Part shown: positions 47,701-58,873 of the stretch, in pieces | Layout of the letters: every line of letters begins with the position of its first letter | Numbering within the stretch: the stretch's first letter is position 1 | DNA from: Lytechinus pictus | Lineage: Eukaryota | DNA: 64,000 nucleotides | Direction: 5' to 3' | Assembly: GCF_037042905.1 (NCBI RefSeq) | Contig: NW_026974140.1 | Location: 1,676,001 to 1,740,000, forward strand | The notes under the pieces: model-generated | Told to the model about the DNA's origin: nothing | The model's input: only the letters and a program-made list of their open reading frames with translations | Databases searched by the model: none | Made by a program: the position numbers and the translations under genes

Positions 47701-50700
47701 TCTGACAAGTTGACTGGCGGATTCCTTGATTTTGGCTGAGAATCATCATTACTATAATAACTGTCAGATATGAAATTTACAGGACTTGTCGGGATTATTT
47801 TCCGGCTAGTCCTTTCATCAAACGCTCTCCTTACGTCTCGATCGCCCACCCCCTCCAATTCAAAGAAACCTATTATCAATACATGTTTACCATGTTTACA
47901 CACCTTCAAATTTTTCTTCATAGCCTCGGGCTTTTTGTGATTTGGAAGTTTCATATGAAGAAATATGGCGAGGCAGGCTAACATTCCGAAGAGATACATA
48001 ATAAATGCTGGTTCCAAACGATCCGTCTTCGCCTTGACCAGGTCTGTGTACAGATCGATGGCCGCCCCGCTCAAAAAGGCAAAGAGCCCCCAGCTTATAG
48101 CTCCCCATACTCGATTCTTGCCGTAGTCTGCTTTCTTTCCTAGTTCAGTTTGGAGTAAAAGAAAGTTGAGTGTGAATGGGTGATTTTAAGTTTGGTGTTA
48201 AAGGGATGCCCCAGGCTAAAAATATTTATATCTAAATAAATAGAGTAAAATTCACAGAGCAAAATGCTAAAATTTAATCAAAGTCTGATGGCAAATGGCG
48301 AAGTTATGGCATTTTAAATATTTTAGGCATGTCTTCATTAATAGTCAATGAGAAAACTGATGATGTCATATCCCCACTTGTTCTTTTGTATTTCATTATA
48401 TGATTTTTTTTTTCCTTCAAGAACCAAAAATATTGGAATAACAACTGATTAGATTAGATATTCATTGCTGCAACCTGTTTCATTACAAGTGTGACATATC
48501 ATTTACACATGTATAACAAAATGAAATAATTATGAATTCATGTAATAACATAAGAAAAAGAAAGTGGGGATGTGGCATCATCAGCCCACCTAATGAATAT
48601 TCATGACAAAGTGCATATGCTGTTTTCACAATACATTGCTAAACTTTAAAATTCAACTTCGCTATTTGTCATCAGATTTTGATGGAAATTTTCAGCATTT
48701 TGCACTGTGAATATTACTCTATTTATCTAGATATAAATATTTTCAGCCCGGAGCATCACTTTAAGAGCAGCATGGTGTTGTGGATATTTTAACATCAGCC
48801 GCAGCATCGAGCTTTAAATGAAACTGGCGCAATGACGGACCTCACTTTACATGTATAACTGGTATTATTTTGTGTTAACCCACATTTGGTGTTTGTGCTA
48901 TTTTATAGTCTATACTCTTTACACCGACACCAATAAGATCGAACTTGAGATCACTCGATTCCAGTAGAGTCGAAGGAGGTGGTGGGGAGAGATAGGGATA
49001 GAGTGAAAGAGATTTGTAATGGTCAAGTCTTAGAAAAAACGAAAAGAGTCAGAGGGAAAATAGTTACAATAATGAGACATTCAATGAGAGAATGTGACGC
49101 GTTTTTTGCTAACTTTTCTTTCTTACCCTTGATGAGTTCCATGGTGAGAGAATCAAAGAACATAAGGATGTTGCAGTTGAATACCACTCCCAAAATCGCA
49201 AAGACTGTGCATATAGCAAAGGTCACCCCCTGACGAGGTGTTGGAATTCTCTTTGTCACACATTGGCAACAGGCAGATCGCTGGCACACACTAACATTGT
49301 TTTCAGTATGTCGAACAGAAGAAGGAAGGAGTACAGTCTTGTTTCCTGATCCTGTAGTAACCAAGTCGACCGTTGGTGATGACGCGCATGATATTCCGTA
49401 CAATGTCATACTGTCTTCTGGGATGTCCTCAGTGTGGCGATTCTCAGTTCCAGGACACGGGCTACAGTCCCATCCGTCATCACGTCTCAAACAATAACCA
49501 ATCATACCTGCGTGGTTTCCATGGTTACTGGATGGCATACCTGCACACATTTCTATACAACCCATCAGTACATCAATCTTACTTTCATCATATCCCACCC
49601 CTTGTCCGTCTACAATGACAGCATCATCGCACATGCCATCATGGTCATTGGAGATGTTCCACCCTGTTGTATCAGCAGAGCAGTTCTCGGCCGCGTCCTG
49701 CAGTAAGGAGTCCGGGGACACCCCGGTCATCAGAGGTACAAAAATGAAGATGAAGTATGCTACAGCAGCCCCGATTATGGCTATACTTGTGGCTAGTCTA
49801 TGCTTGCTGTATCTATCTGCTACTCCTCCCCAAAGTGGACTAAAGAAGAAGGTTAGAACAGGTTCCAAGGAACGAATGATTCCCACTTGCCAAACGGAAA
49901 GACCAATGTGGATGAGATACACAGAGATGTACGGGAGCATACAGGCAAAGGCTGCATGGAACATGAAAAAAGAAAGAAAATAAAGTGATTAAAATGGTCA
50001 ATAACTAGTCCGCTTCAATTATAGATAGGCGTTTTCGATTGAAACATGATAATATTTACCTGATCGCTGGCGGATCCAGGTAAGGGCACATCCCGCACGC
50101 ACCCCGCCCCCTTTAAAAGGCCGAAAAAATATTTTTGAAAATAAAAATATGTCATGCATACGTTCGTGATTTTTTTTGCTTGTGATCTCCTTCCAGGAAG
50201 AAATGACCTCGATTTGGTATTGAAAAACCTTTTTTTTTTGCTTGTCAGATATTTTTCGGTACAAAAATGCCCCCCCCCCCCTTGGAAATTCCTGGATCCC
50301 CTCCCCCCCGGAACCTGCCTCTAAACATATTTTCTTCATGTTAATTAAATACAGGCTTACATTTTTTTGTACTACAGAACAGCCCGACCTGTCATTAGGC
50401 TAATTGACATCATCCGAAAGACGTGCTCGGTATTATATACAGACTCAATATTTCACTTTGTTTCATCGGGGTCGAATGGAATAGATTAATTCTCTTAAAA
50501 ATATAAATTCTGTTTACATTTTCATTCTCTTAAAATCATGAATTCTGTTTTCATTTTCGTAACTGATATTACCATTACTATATGGTTATCAGCATCATCA
50601 TTATTTTTATGAGCATTATCATCATCAATATTTATTATCATTAAGTTAATCTAATTTCTGGTAAATTTGCCTATTTCACCCCCATCCATTCCCCTCCCCC

Positions 50701-51612
50701 CCCCCCTGTCTCTCTCTCTCTCTCTCTCCCTCCATCTTCCTTTCTCTTTCTTTGTGTACTTGAACACGATAAAAGTCATCTCCTCACGCTCAGTAAACAA
50801 TCTGAGCTAGTGGTTATCTCACTTTCTTGCTTTCTATGATGATGATGATGATCACCATGGTTGCCACGGAAACAATCGAGTTTCCACCAATTTGAGCAAA
50901 ACCGAATATTTCCTTCTCCATTGCCTTCCTTTATCGATGCTGCCTGAAAGTCATCACCTATAATTGACACATCTATCACCCACATAATCAATCATCTATT
51001 TATATACGACCTATTGGTGTACATGTATCTAAGGGGTGGAAGGGGAGCACGTACCCCGGGTGTCACTTTCAAGGGGGCGCAAAAAGGGAAAGGGGCTCAA
51101 ACACAGAAAAGGAAAACATAAAATAAAGAGAAAAGCCAAAGGAATAAAGGCGCAGAAAATGAATACCAAAGAAAGTGATTAATACCCCCGTTCTGTGCTA
51201 TTACCATGGCAATGCAGTTTCCAACACATTTAGAAAATGAATCTTGTATGTATATACCCAGAGATGAATATTCATGTCAACTTTTGATTAGTGACTTATT
51301 TTCTTCAAGAATTCTAACAAACAGTCCTTTAAAAATCTGAAATAATCATTTTTCAAATGCAAATATCATAGGTTTTTATCTCTAGCTGCGGGTTGGGATT
51401 TTGCTTAGTTAATCTTCATTAATACTCAGTTACGAACAGTTCTGAAATACATTTTTTCTGGTTTAATTGTCAAACCTTTTCATCACGCGCTAATTTGATA
51501 AGGGAGATACAAATCCTCTTCACTATTTTTGCACTTTTTCACTTTTTAGGTGAGGATATAAAAGAAAAATCATCTCACGATTCGCGCTTGCATTACGCCG
51601 ATGAGATTTTCA

Positions 51613-51676
<64 letters not shown>

Positions 51677-52556
51677 TTTATTTATTTATCTTACATTTAT
51701 CCTACATCACTGATAAATCCAGAATATGATAAATTCTTTTTTTTTAGAGAGAACATACTTTGTCTTGGATCGTATAGGCGCTGCAGGAAACTGAAAATAC
51801 ATTGCATAGTATTTATGACCCCAAAAGGGCCCCGACAAAGTTCATCGAAAAAAATTACAAGTTCGAAAATAACTTTAAACATTAAAAAAAAAAAGGGAAT
51901 TTAATTTTGGGGCTAATCATTTTGTGTAGATATTTGTTAGAAATGTCAAAATGAATGTTTTCACCAAAATTAGCATTCTACTAAGTATTAAAACTGAGTT
52001 AAAGGCAAAAGCATAATTTCATACACTTATTTGCATAATTACTTTAAAAACATTTTGATTTTTTTTTATAAATCTTTCTCTAGTCTTGTAGTTTACACCC
52101 AGCTATAAGCGTGTGTAATTTTTGTGGCGATCAGCGACCAAGATGTGAAAGTGGGAGGTGGGATCAATTTTGAAAAAAAATGATCTGAAATAGCACAGGT
52201 GAATGAAGGTTAAGTAGTCAGAAAAAAGTGCTTTCATCATCATGGCATGAAGTCAGAATATTGGAACAACAAAATGTGGATTTTCATTTTCATTAGACTA
52301 TTTTGCTCATTCGTTCTTCCATTCCATATACTTACCTTTTTTATTCGACCCCCTGCCAGTCCCTCTCTCCCCTCTCTTCCTTTCTCTCCCTCTCTCTCTC
52401 TCTCTTTATCTCTCACTCACTCTCTCTTTGAACTTTTTTTTTATTTCTTTGAAAACTTCTTCCATGTATTCAAAGATGTGCTCTTCACCTACCTCCCAGA
52501 TACGTGAAGTAAATCAGCTTGATGTGCAGGAAGTCTTTATTGATGTTACACGCCAT
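38710..52556 (-). CDS. MFSD6-like: MFSD6-like major facilitator superfamily transporter, ~610 aa; coding exons 52493-52556, 49127-49951, 47904-48139, 45892-46105, 45163-45375, 41277-41471 and 38710-38795
   Basis: All six introns are GT-AG with consistent phases (total 1833 nt). Motifs: INKDFLHIKLIYF, PYISVY...GLS..QVG, PLWGGVADRY.KHR, YGKNRVWG...WG, AEIPFMYFSG, QLLHGITYGL.W, GAGVGNAVGG. Confidence 0.92.
39400..40625. repeat. 24-bp minisatellite (~50 units) in the last intron of the MFSD6-like gene
   Basis: Unit CTTGTCCTCTTGTAAGTCTTCCGT, with 22- and 26-bp variants that shift the frame. Confidence 0.95.
41900..44900 (+). mobile_element. Heavily decayed near-complete LINE ORF2 (APE + RT; Daphne/Crack/L2 group), antisense within an intron
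   Basis: IIGLAETW, IGDFNI, NYRPISVLP, FLDLSKAFETLDH, CGVPQGSIL, LFADDT; many stops and frameshifts. Confidence 0.92.
46444..46826. mobile_element. Harbinger-like MITE
   Basis: TACCCCTTTCATAAACCCAATAAAACC...GGTTTTATTGGGTTTATGAAAGGGGTA, flanks TAA/TTA. Confidence 0.85.
47060..47489 (+). mobile_element. hAT-type MITE, copy 2
   Basis: Homologous to 24050-24484; TSD GCTTGCGG/GCTCGCGG. Confidence 0.9.
48202..48760. mobile_element. TTAA-flanked (Kolobok-type) MITE
   Basis: TTAA|AGGGATGCCCCAGGCT...AGCCCGGAGCATCACT|TTAA with long imperfect TIRs. Confidence 0.85.
51616..51672. repeat. (TA)n microsatellite
   Basis: Directly visible. Confidence 0.95.
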
Positions 52557-52791
52557 CTTGAAACCGATTCCTTTATGCAAGATCTAAAGATCTTGGTGGA
52601 GTGCAGACAAATCGATGATCTTATTTTCCCCAGGCTTGGTAAAATACGTCAGAACTAGTTTCCCTCTGATTCTGCAGAAAAAAGAAATAGCAAGGGTTAA
52701 CAAATTCCAGAAGGGTTCGAAAATGATAAAATTAGGGGGTCGATATACGTTTTTTTCTCGTTAGTCGTATGTCCGAGCACTAGCATATATA

Positions 52792-52980
52792 TATTTCATT
52801 TCATTTCATTTCGTTTATTTCCATTTTCAACAATTAGTTTATTTTGTACATTTTAACATATAAATAACAAAACATATTTCAAGTATTCCTGTACAAAAAT
52901 TATATTCAAGATTATTACATATCAGGTTGGAAATGGAGGAGGCTGCTAAAAAGCGGAGCTTGTAGAGGGCAGCCTCCTAA
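52792..52980 (-). mobile_element. Probable LINE 3' UTR remnant (stem-loop plus (GAAAT)n tail)
   Basis: (ATTTC)n run and a GGAGGCTGC...GCAGCCTCC stem-loop. Confidence 0.45.
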
Positions 52981-53679
52981 TAAATATTCTTGTAGTTGCA
53001 TAACATATAAAAATCAAAATAACAACTAGAGCATGAACCAGTTAAATTAAAAGGAAATAGGGGAAATTAAAATAGAAAAGGAAATAAGAAAAAGAGAGAT
53101 TAAAGGTCTCCAGAATCCAGCCCCAGCACTCACAGACGGACCTCGTTGATCAACAGGAAAACGAAAGAGATGTAAAAGCGTACGTGACATGATAATCATG
53201 TTTGATTAAAAAAAAATAAAAAATACAAGAGTTTGAGTGATGAAGAGTTAAATTCAATGGTTACGGAATATAACCGTTCAAAGTTCTTGTTGTGATGCTC
53301 ATTCATCGGATCATGTCAATGACAAAAAATACCCTTAGGAGGGGATTTTAAAAAAATCACTCCCGGATGGCATTGTGTGAATATAAAGCAGAAGAACTGA
53401 ATAGAATAATCAAGAAAATACCTGTTACAAAAAAACACCACTGCAAACAACGAGGGACAACGAGCAAAACGGGGAGCAGAAGTGAATGGGAAACAAGGTA
53501 TATAGGAACAAAATGACCCCAAAGTCGAATGTGATGAACAAGTGGAAATTTTCTGTCTTTTAGCATCTTGTCTTTATTTCACCCTTTATTTTTTTCCCTC
53601 TCCACCTCCTTTTGCCTTTTAAATCATAACTTAGAAGGGATTGGTCGCCTCAACAACCCTATATTATAGTAGGAGTTAA

Positions 53680-53733
53680 TAGTAGTAGTAGTAGTAGTGG
53701 TAGTGGTAGTAGTAGTAGTAGTAGGAGTAGTAG

Positions 53734-53766
<33 letters not shown>

Positions 53767-53998
53767 GAGTAGTAGTACTAGTAGGAGGAGTAGTAGTAGG
53801 AGGAGGAGGAGGAGTGACTAGCGTACCTACGGGGGGGGGGCAGAGGGGCAGTCTGCCCCCCCCCCCTGACGAGCCACCACCCATGCATGTATCCCTGCCC
53901 CCCTGACGAGCTTGAAAGACCTTTTTGCCCCCCCTGACGAAAATCCTGGAAAATCCTAGGTACGCCACTGTTAAGTAGAAGTAGTAGTAGTAGTAGAT
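53680..53998. repeat. (GTA/GGA)n microsatellite interrupted by a ~155-bp MITE (53817-53970)
   Basis: Trinucleotide run; insert bounded by GCGTACCTA...TAGGTACGCCACTG. Confidence 0.8.
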
Positions 53999-54338
53999 TT
54001 ACTCAGTTTACTTTGACTGGTTAAAACAATTTTCCTTTATTCATTAGTTTTTGAAATGATATGCCATCGTTATACTTTCATATAAAGTATACCGCTTTAC
54101 CTTCTCGGACGGTCTTTCAAATCTTTAGTATAACACATCGCCTCATAGCGTTTAAATCTTATCTCGCACTTATCACTATTATCTTGAGTACATTGTAATA
54201 TTTTTAACTTACATTGTATTTGTTATTGTAATTTCATTATTATTATGTTATATTGCTTATTTGTTAATTTCATTGGGATTTTTTGAATTATGAAACATCT
54301 GTCAATTAATTCAGCTTTGAAATTGCGATCACTTATTT

Positions 54339-57300
54339 TAGTCTGGTCTGTTAGCGAAATTATGTGGACACGGTGGACAAAAGCATGATTTTTTCTCCAG
54401 ACCTTTGTTTATGTATAAGAATTAAAAATGGGGTATGCTCCAAAAAATCTAGCTGCAGGAACAGTGAAAAAATGGGTGAAAATGTCAGAATTTATGAGTT
54501 TAGATTGGTCTGATATATAGACTAGCGCTAGTGCAAAACTCAATAGCAGTGCATTATTTTGCATTGGCTTAGTTCTTGAATTCAGACCCTTTTTGAACAG
54601 ATGTTCTGTTTGTCCTCACATCTCAACGCACCAAATATCTGAATGCAGATGCTAAACAAGCCGAAGGGTGGCGGTGGAGGGGGTTGAATGTTGGTGTGTA
54701 TGTACATATTTTGGTCTTGGGGTAAAGATGTGCAAAACACATTTTTTTAATGTGTTGGAAATTGTGTTGCCATGGTAACAGTGTATTAATATGGCAAAAA
54801 TAAGGTAAAAATCTTACAGTTAGAACTACTTCCTCTGTTTTTAACCGATTCTCATGAAATTTGGCACACACATTGGTCTTGAGGTGAAGATGTCTAAGAC
54901 ACATTTTTGTGTGTCTTTCAGAAATCTTGTTGCCATGGTAACAATGTATTATATAGTGAAAATTGGGAAAAAACTTACAATTCAAACTGCTTCATCAGTT
55001 TTCAATCATTGCTCATGAAATTTGGCACACACTTTGGTATTAAAGTAAAGTTGTATAAGGCGCTTTTTGTGTGTGTCTCAGAAATTGTGTTGCCATGGTA
55101 ACAGCATGTTATATGGAAAAGTTTAGGTAGAAACGTTGCAATTTGAACTACTTCATCAGTTTTGAACCGATTAGTTCTCATGAAATTTGGCTCACACATT
55201 TGCCTTGGGGTAAAGATGTGCAAGAACCATTTTTTGTGCATTTGTCAGAGAGTGCATTGCCATGGTAACCACATATGATAGCCAGAAATGCAGGAAAACT
55301 CATTGTGGATCAAACTTCCTGTTTTTAGTCAGTGCTCATAAAAGTTGGAAGAAATATTCACCTTGGGGTAAAGATTCATATTAAATTCCAAATGTCTTCT
55401 CTGCATTAAAATGTTCACGCCAGAGTGTGGGGGTATTAATCCCCTTCAGTAATATTACTAGGTTTTGGGGGGAGGGGCGGGATTGGTCCGTAAAATCTGA
55501 CATCAAAATAAAGAAGGTTAAAGGCAGTGGCCATTAGGAACATAAAAATGATAAACGCTCTTAAAATAAGCATCCCCTCAAGGGCATAGGCTGGGGGTAC
55601 ACTGCATGGGTGAATGTGAAACCTTCCGCTGAGGCAGAGGAGTTTCAACACTGGCAAGCAAAACGAAATGTGTACCCCTTCTACTTTCAACAGCTGATTT
55701 TCCAAACCTTAGTTCCACCTCCCCAAGATGTGCACCCCTCCCCATACCACTTTTAGTTCTACCTCCCCATGCTTAAACCAGTCTACGCCTTTGCCCCTCA
55801 GGGGTGTTTGCATTTTTAAAGCGAGACATTACTCCTTTTTTTTGGGGGGGGGGGGTCTTTAGAAAATGACCTCATAAAAGTAAAATTTAAAGGATTATGA
55901 CTAGGAACTTAACCCCCCCCCCCCGAAAAAATAGGGGGCTGATATATTTTTTGAGCAGACAAATGCCCCCCCCCCCCCTTAAAAGGTAAGAAGAGTCCTT
56001 TGCACTTCAGACCATTCATTTGAAGTTTAATGCATTCTGATTTGATAAAAAATTGTTTACGGTACCCAATTAATCATTGTTTATTTATATTCTCATACTC
56101 AGTCTTTTATTCATATTCCGTTCCTACTCTTTCTTTTTAACTTTATCACATCACTCTTGATTTTGAGCTTCACCATACCATCTCCTTCTGTTTCCTCTCT
56201 CCTTTTTTTTACTCTCTCTCTCTCTCTCCAAGTATATTTTTCTGACATATTTTAAAGTGTACTTTTAATCATGCAACTAATTATAGAAATATAAATACAT
56301 ACAAAAATCTCTGCACTTGTTTTAGAAATTCACTTGCGAATCCATGACTCAATAACATACCAAATCAAAAATATCCATATGTGCACAATGGATTTTAGCC
56401 TTCTATTTTCTTTCATTTAATTTTTTCAGTATATTTCTGTGACCTTAAAGACAAACTTATTCACTGTTCATTGAGCAAATGATTACTTTTATTTCTCTAC
56501 ATATAATTATATTCTAGTCATTTCCCTTTCAGATGGTGGTAACTGCAGGAATGGGAAAACTCAGTGATAAAACTAAAATTTTTACAGAGGATTTTTAGAA
56601 AATAACTAAATCCATTTTTGTCAAGCAACAGTTATTCCATTCTGAATGCTGCAACCTTGTTAATATGAGTTTGATGCACCTTTACCAAAATATAATATCA
56701 TGACAATAATTTCTTCAATTCTTTACACTAGACATTAAATATTGCTAATAGTATTATTCAGGACAGAGTGTAGCCAAAATGGAGTTTAAAAGATTATGAC
56801 AAAAATGAATGTCATGTTATTATATTTCGGTGTAGGTGTAAGCATTCAAAATGGAATAATTGTTGCTAGATAATAATGAATTAAAATAGCAAAGAAAAAT
56901 GTACTTAGAGAGGGAGACAAAGAGGGGGAGAGAGGAAACAAAACAAGAAGGTATGGTAAAGATCAAAAGTACAAAGAGTGATGTAAGAATGTCAGAGTAG
57001 GAACTGAAATGAACAAAGACTGAGCAGAAGAATATAAATAAAACATTGATTAATTGGGCACCGAAAACGATCTTTTATCAAAGCAGAATGTTTTAGGCTT
57101 TAAATTAATACGCTGAAGTGTAAAGGATTTTTCTCCCCCCCCTTTTTTTTTTTGGGGGGGGGTTAAGTTCCTAGTAATAATTTCCTTTTACTCTTTATGT
57201 GGCAATTTTCTAAAGCCCCCCCCCCCCCAAAAAAAAAAAAAAATAGAAGGGGTGTTTAAGTTCCAAATGGTCATGGCCTTTAACCTTCTATATTTTTATG

Positions 57301-58873
57301 TTGTCAGTTTTTAAGGACCTCCTCTGCCCCCCCCAAAAAAGAAAGAACCTATAAATATTATTGAAGGTGATTAATACCCTGCGCTATTATGACGTTAAAG
57401 GGGAATCCAACCCAAGTAAAAACTTGTTTTTAGAGGAAAAGGAAAAATCAGACAAGTTTATAGGTCAAAGTTTGAACAATATCGGACAAACCATAAGAAA
57501 GTTGTGAATATATAAAGGTTGTAAACATTGGTAATCACTATACCCATGAAGACTTCAAATTGGCCACATATGTGATGTCATAGTGATGTAAGGCAAGGAC
57601 TACTCTTCCATGTACAGGAATAATTAATTGGCTAAAATGTCTTTTTCAAAAGTTTTATATTATTTTATATTATATCTTTCTTTCATGAGGACATAAAACA
57701 ATATACTACCAGGTTCATATTACGGCCCCAATGGAATAGGGATTTAGGAGAAAACCAAAAATCCTGATAATTAAGTACAAGCCCTATGGGAAAGTTGTCC
57801 TTGCGGCCTCGCCCCTTGTCATAATTTACTTACCCAGTTGCCAATTTGAAATCTACATACTAGTAGTCTTAGGGATCTTAATTTTAAAGCAGCCATAAAT
57901 TTTGCTTGTCCGATTTTTTTCAACTTTTCACCATTCTCATTTTTCTCCTTTTCCACACAACATGTTATGACCAAGGCTGGATTCCCCTCCCCTTTAACAC
58001 TGAATATGAATCTTTACCCAAAATGAATATTTGTGTCAAATTTTATGAGCACAGGCTGAAAACTGAGAAGTAGATTGATCCACGATGAGTTTTCCTGCAT
58101 TTCTAGCTATCATATGTGGTTACCCTGGCAATGCACTCTCTGACAAATGCGAAAAAAGTTCTTGCACATCTTTACCTCAAGGCCAATGTGTGAGCCCTTT
58201 TTCACGAAAATTGTTTCAAAACTGATGAAGCAGTTCAAATTGCAAGGTTTTTACCTAAATCTTGCCATATAATATGTTGTTACCATGGCAACACACAAAA
58301 AGTGCCTTGTACATCTTTACTTTAATACCAATATGTGTGCCGAATTTCATGTGAATTAATTGAAAACTGATGAAGCAGTTTGAATTGTAAGTTTTTTCCC
58401 AATTTTCACCATATAATATGTTGTTACCATGGCAACACAATTTCCAACACATGCTAAAAATGTGTTTTGCACATCTTTACCCCAAGACCAAAATATGTAC
58501 ATACATACCAACATCCAACCCCCTCCACCGCCACCCTTCGGCTTGTTTAGCATCTGCATTCAGATATTTGGTGCATTGAGATGTAAAGACAAACAGAACA
58601 TCTGTTCAAAAAGGGTCTGAATTCAAGAACTAAGCCAATGCAAAATAATGCACTGCTATTGAGTTTTGCACCAGCGCTAGTCTATATATCAGACCAATCT
58701 AAACTCATAAATTCTGACTTTTTCACCCATTTTTTCTCTGTTCCTGCAGCCAGATTTTTTGGAGCATACCCCATTTTTAATTCTTATACATAAACAAAGG
58801 TCTGGAGAAAAAATCATGCTTTTGTCCACCGTGTCCACAAGTAGGGTGTTTTTGACGCTAACAGACCGGACTA
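54339..58873. mobile_element. Foldback element with Academ-type ends, copy 2
   Basis: TAGTCTGGTCTGTTAGCG...CGCTAACAGACCGGACTA, flanks TTT/TTT; homologous to 8037-12429 throughout. Confidence 0.92.
57399..57993. mobile_element. TTAA-flanked (Kolobok-type) MITE nested in foldback copy 2
   Basis: TTAA|AGGGGAATCCA...TGGATTCCCC..CCT|TTAA; reverse complement of 9091-9674. Confidence 0.82.

Noticed and set aside
49962..49964. ATG as the start of the MFSD6-like CDS
   Set aside because: It lies within the acceptor tract; the upstream exon 52493-52556 supplies the conserved N-terminus in the correct phase.
53624..53968. Mucin-like poly-Thr/Pro ORF and poly-Val ORF
   Set aside because: Products of a (GTA)n microsatellite plus a small MITE.
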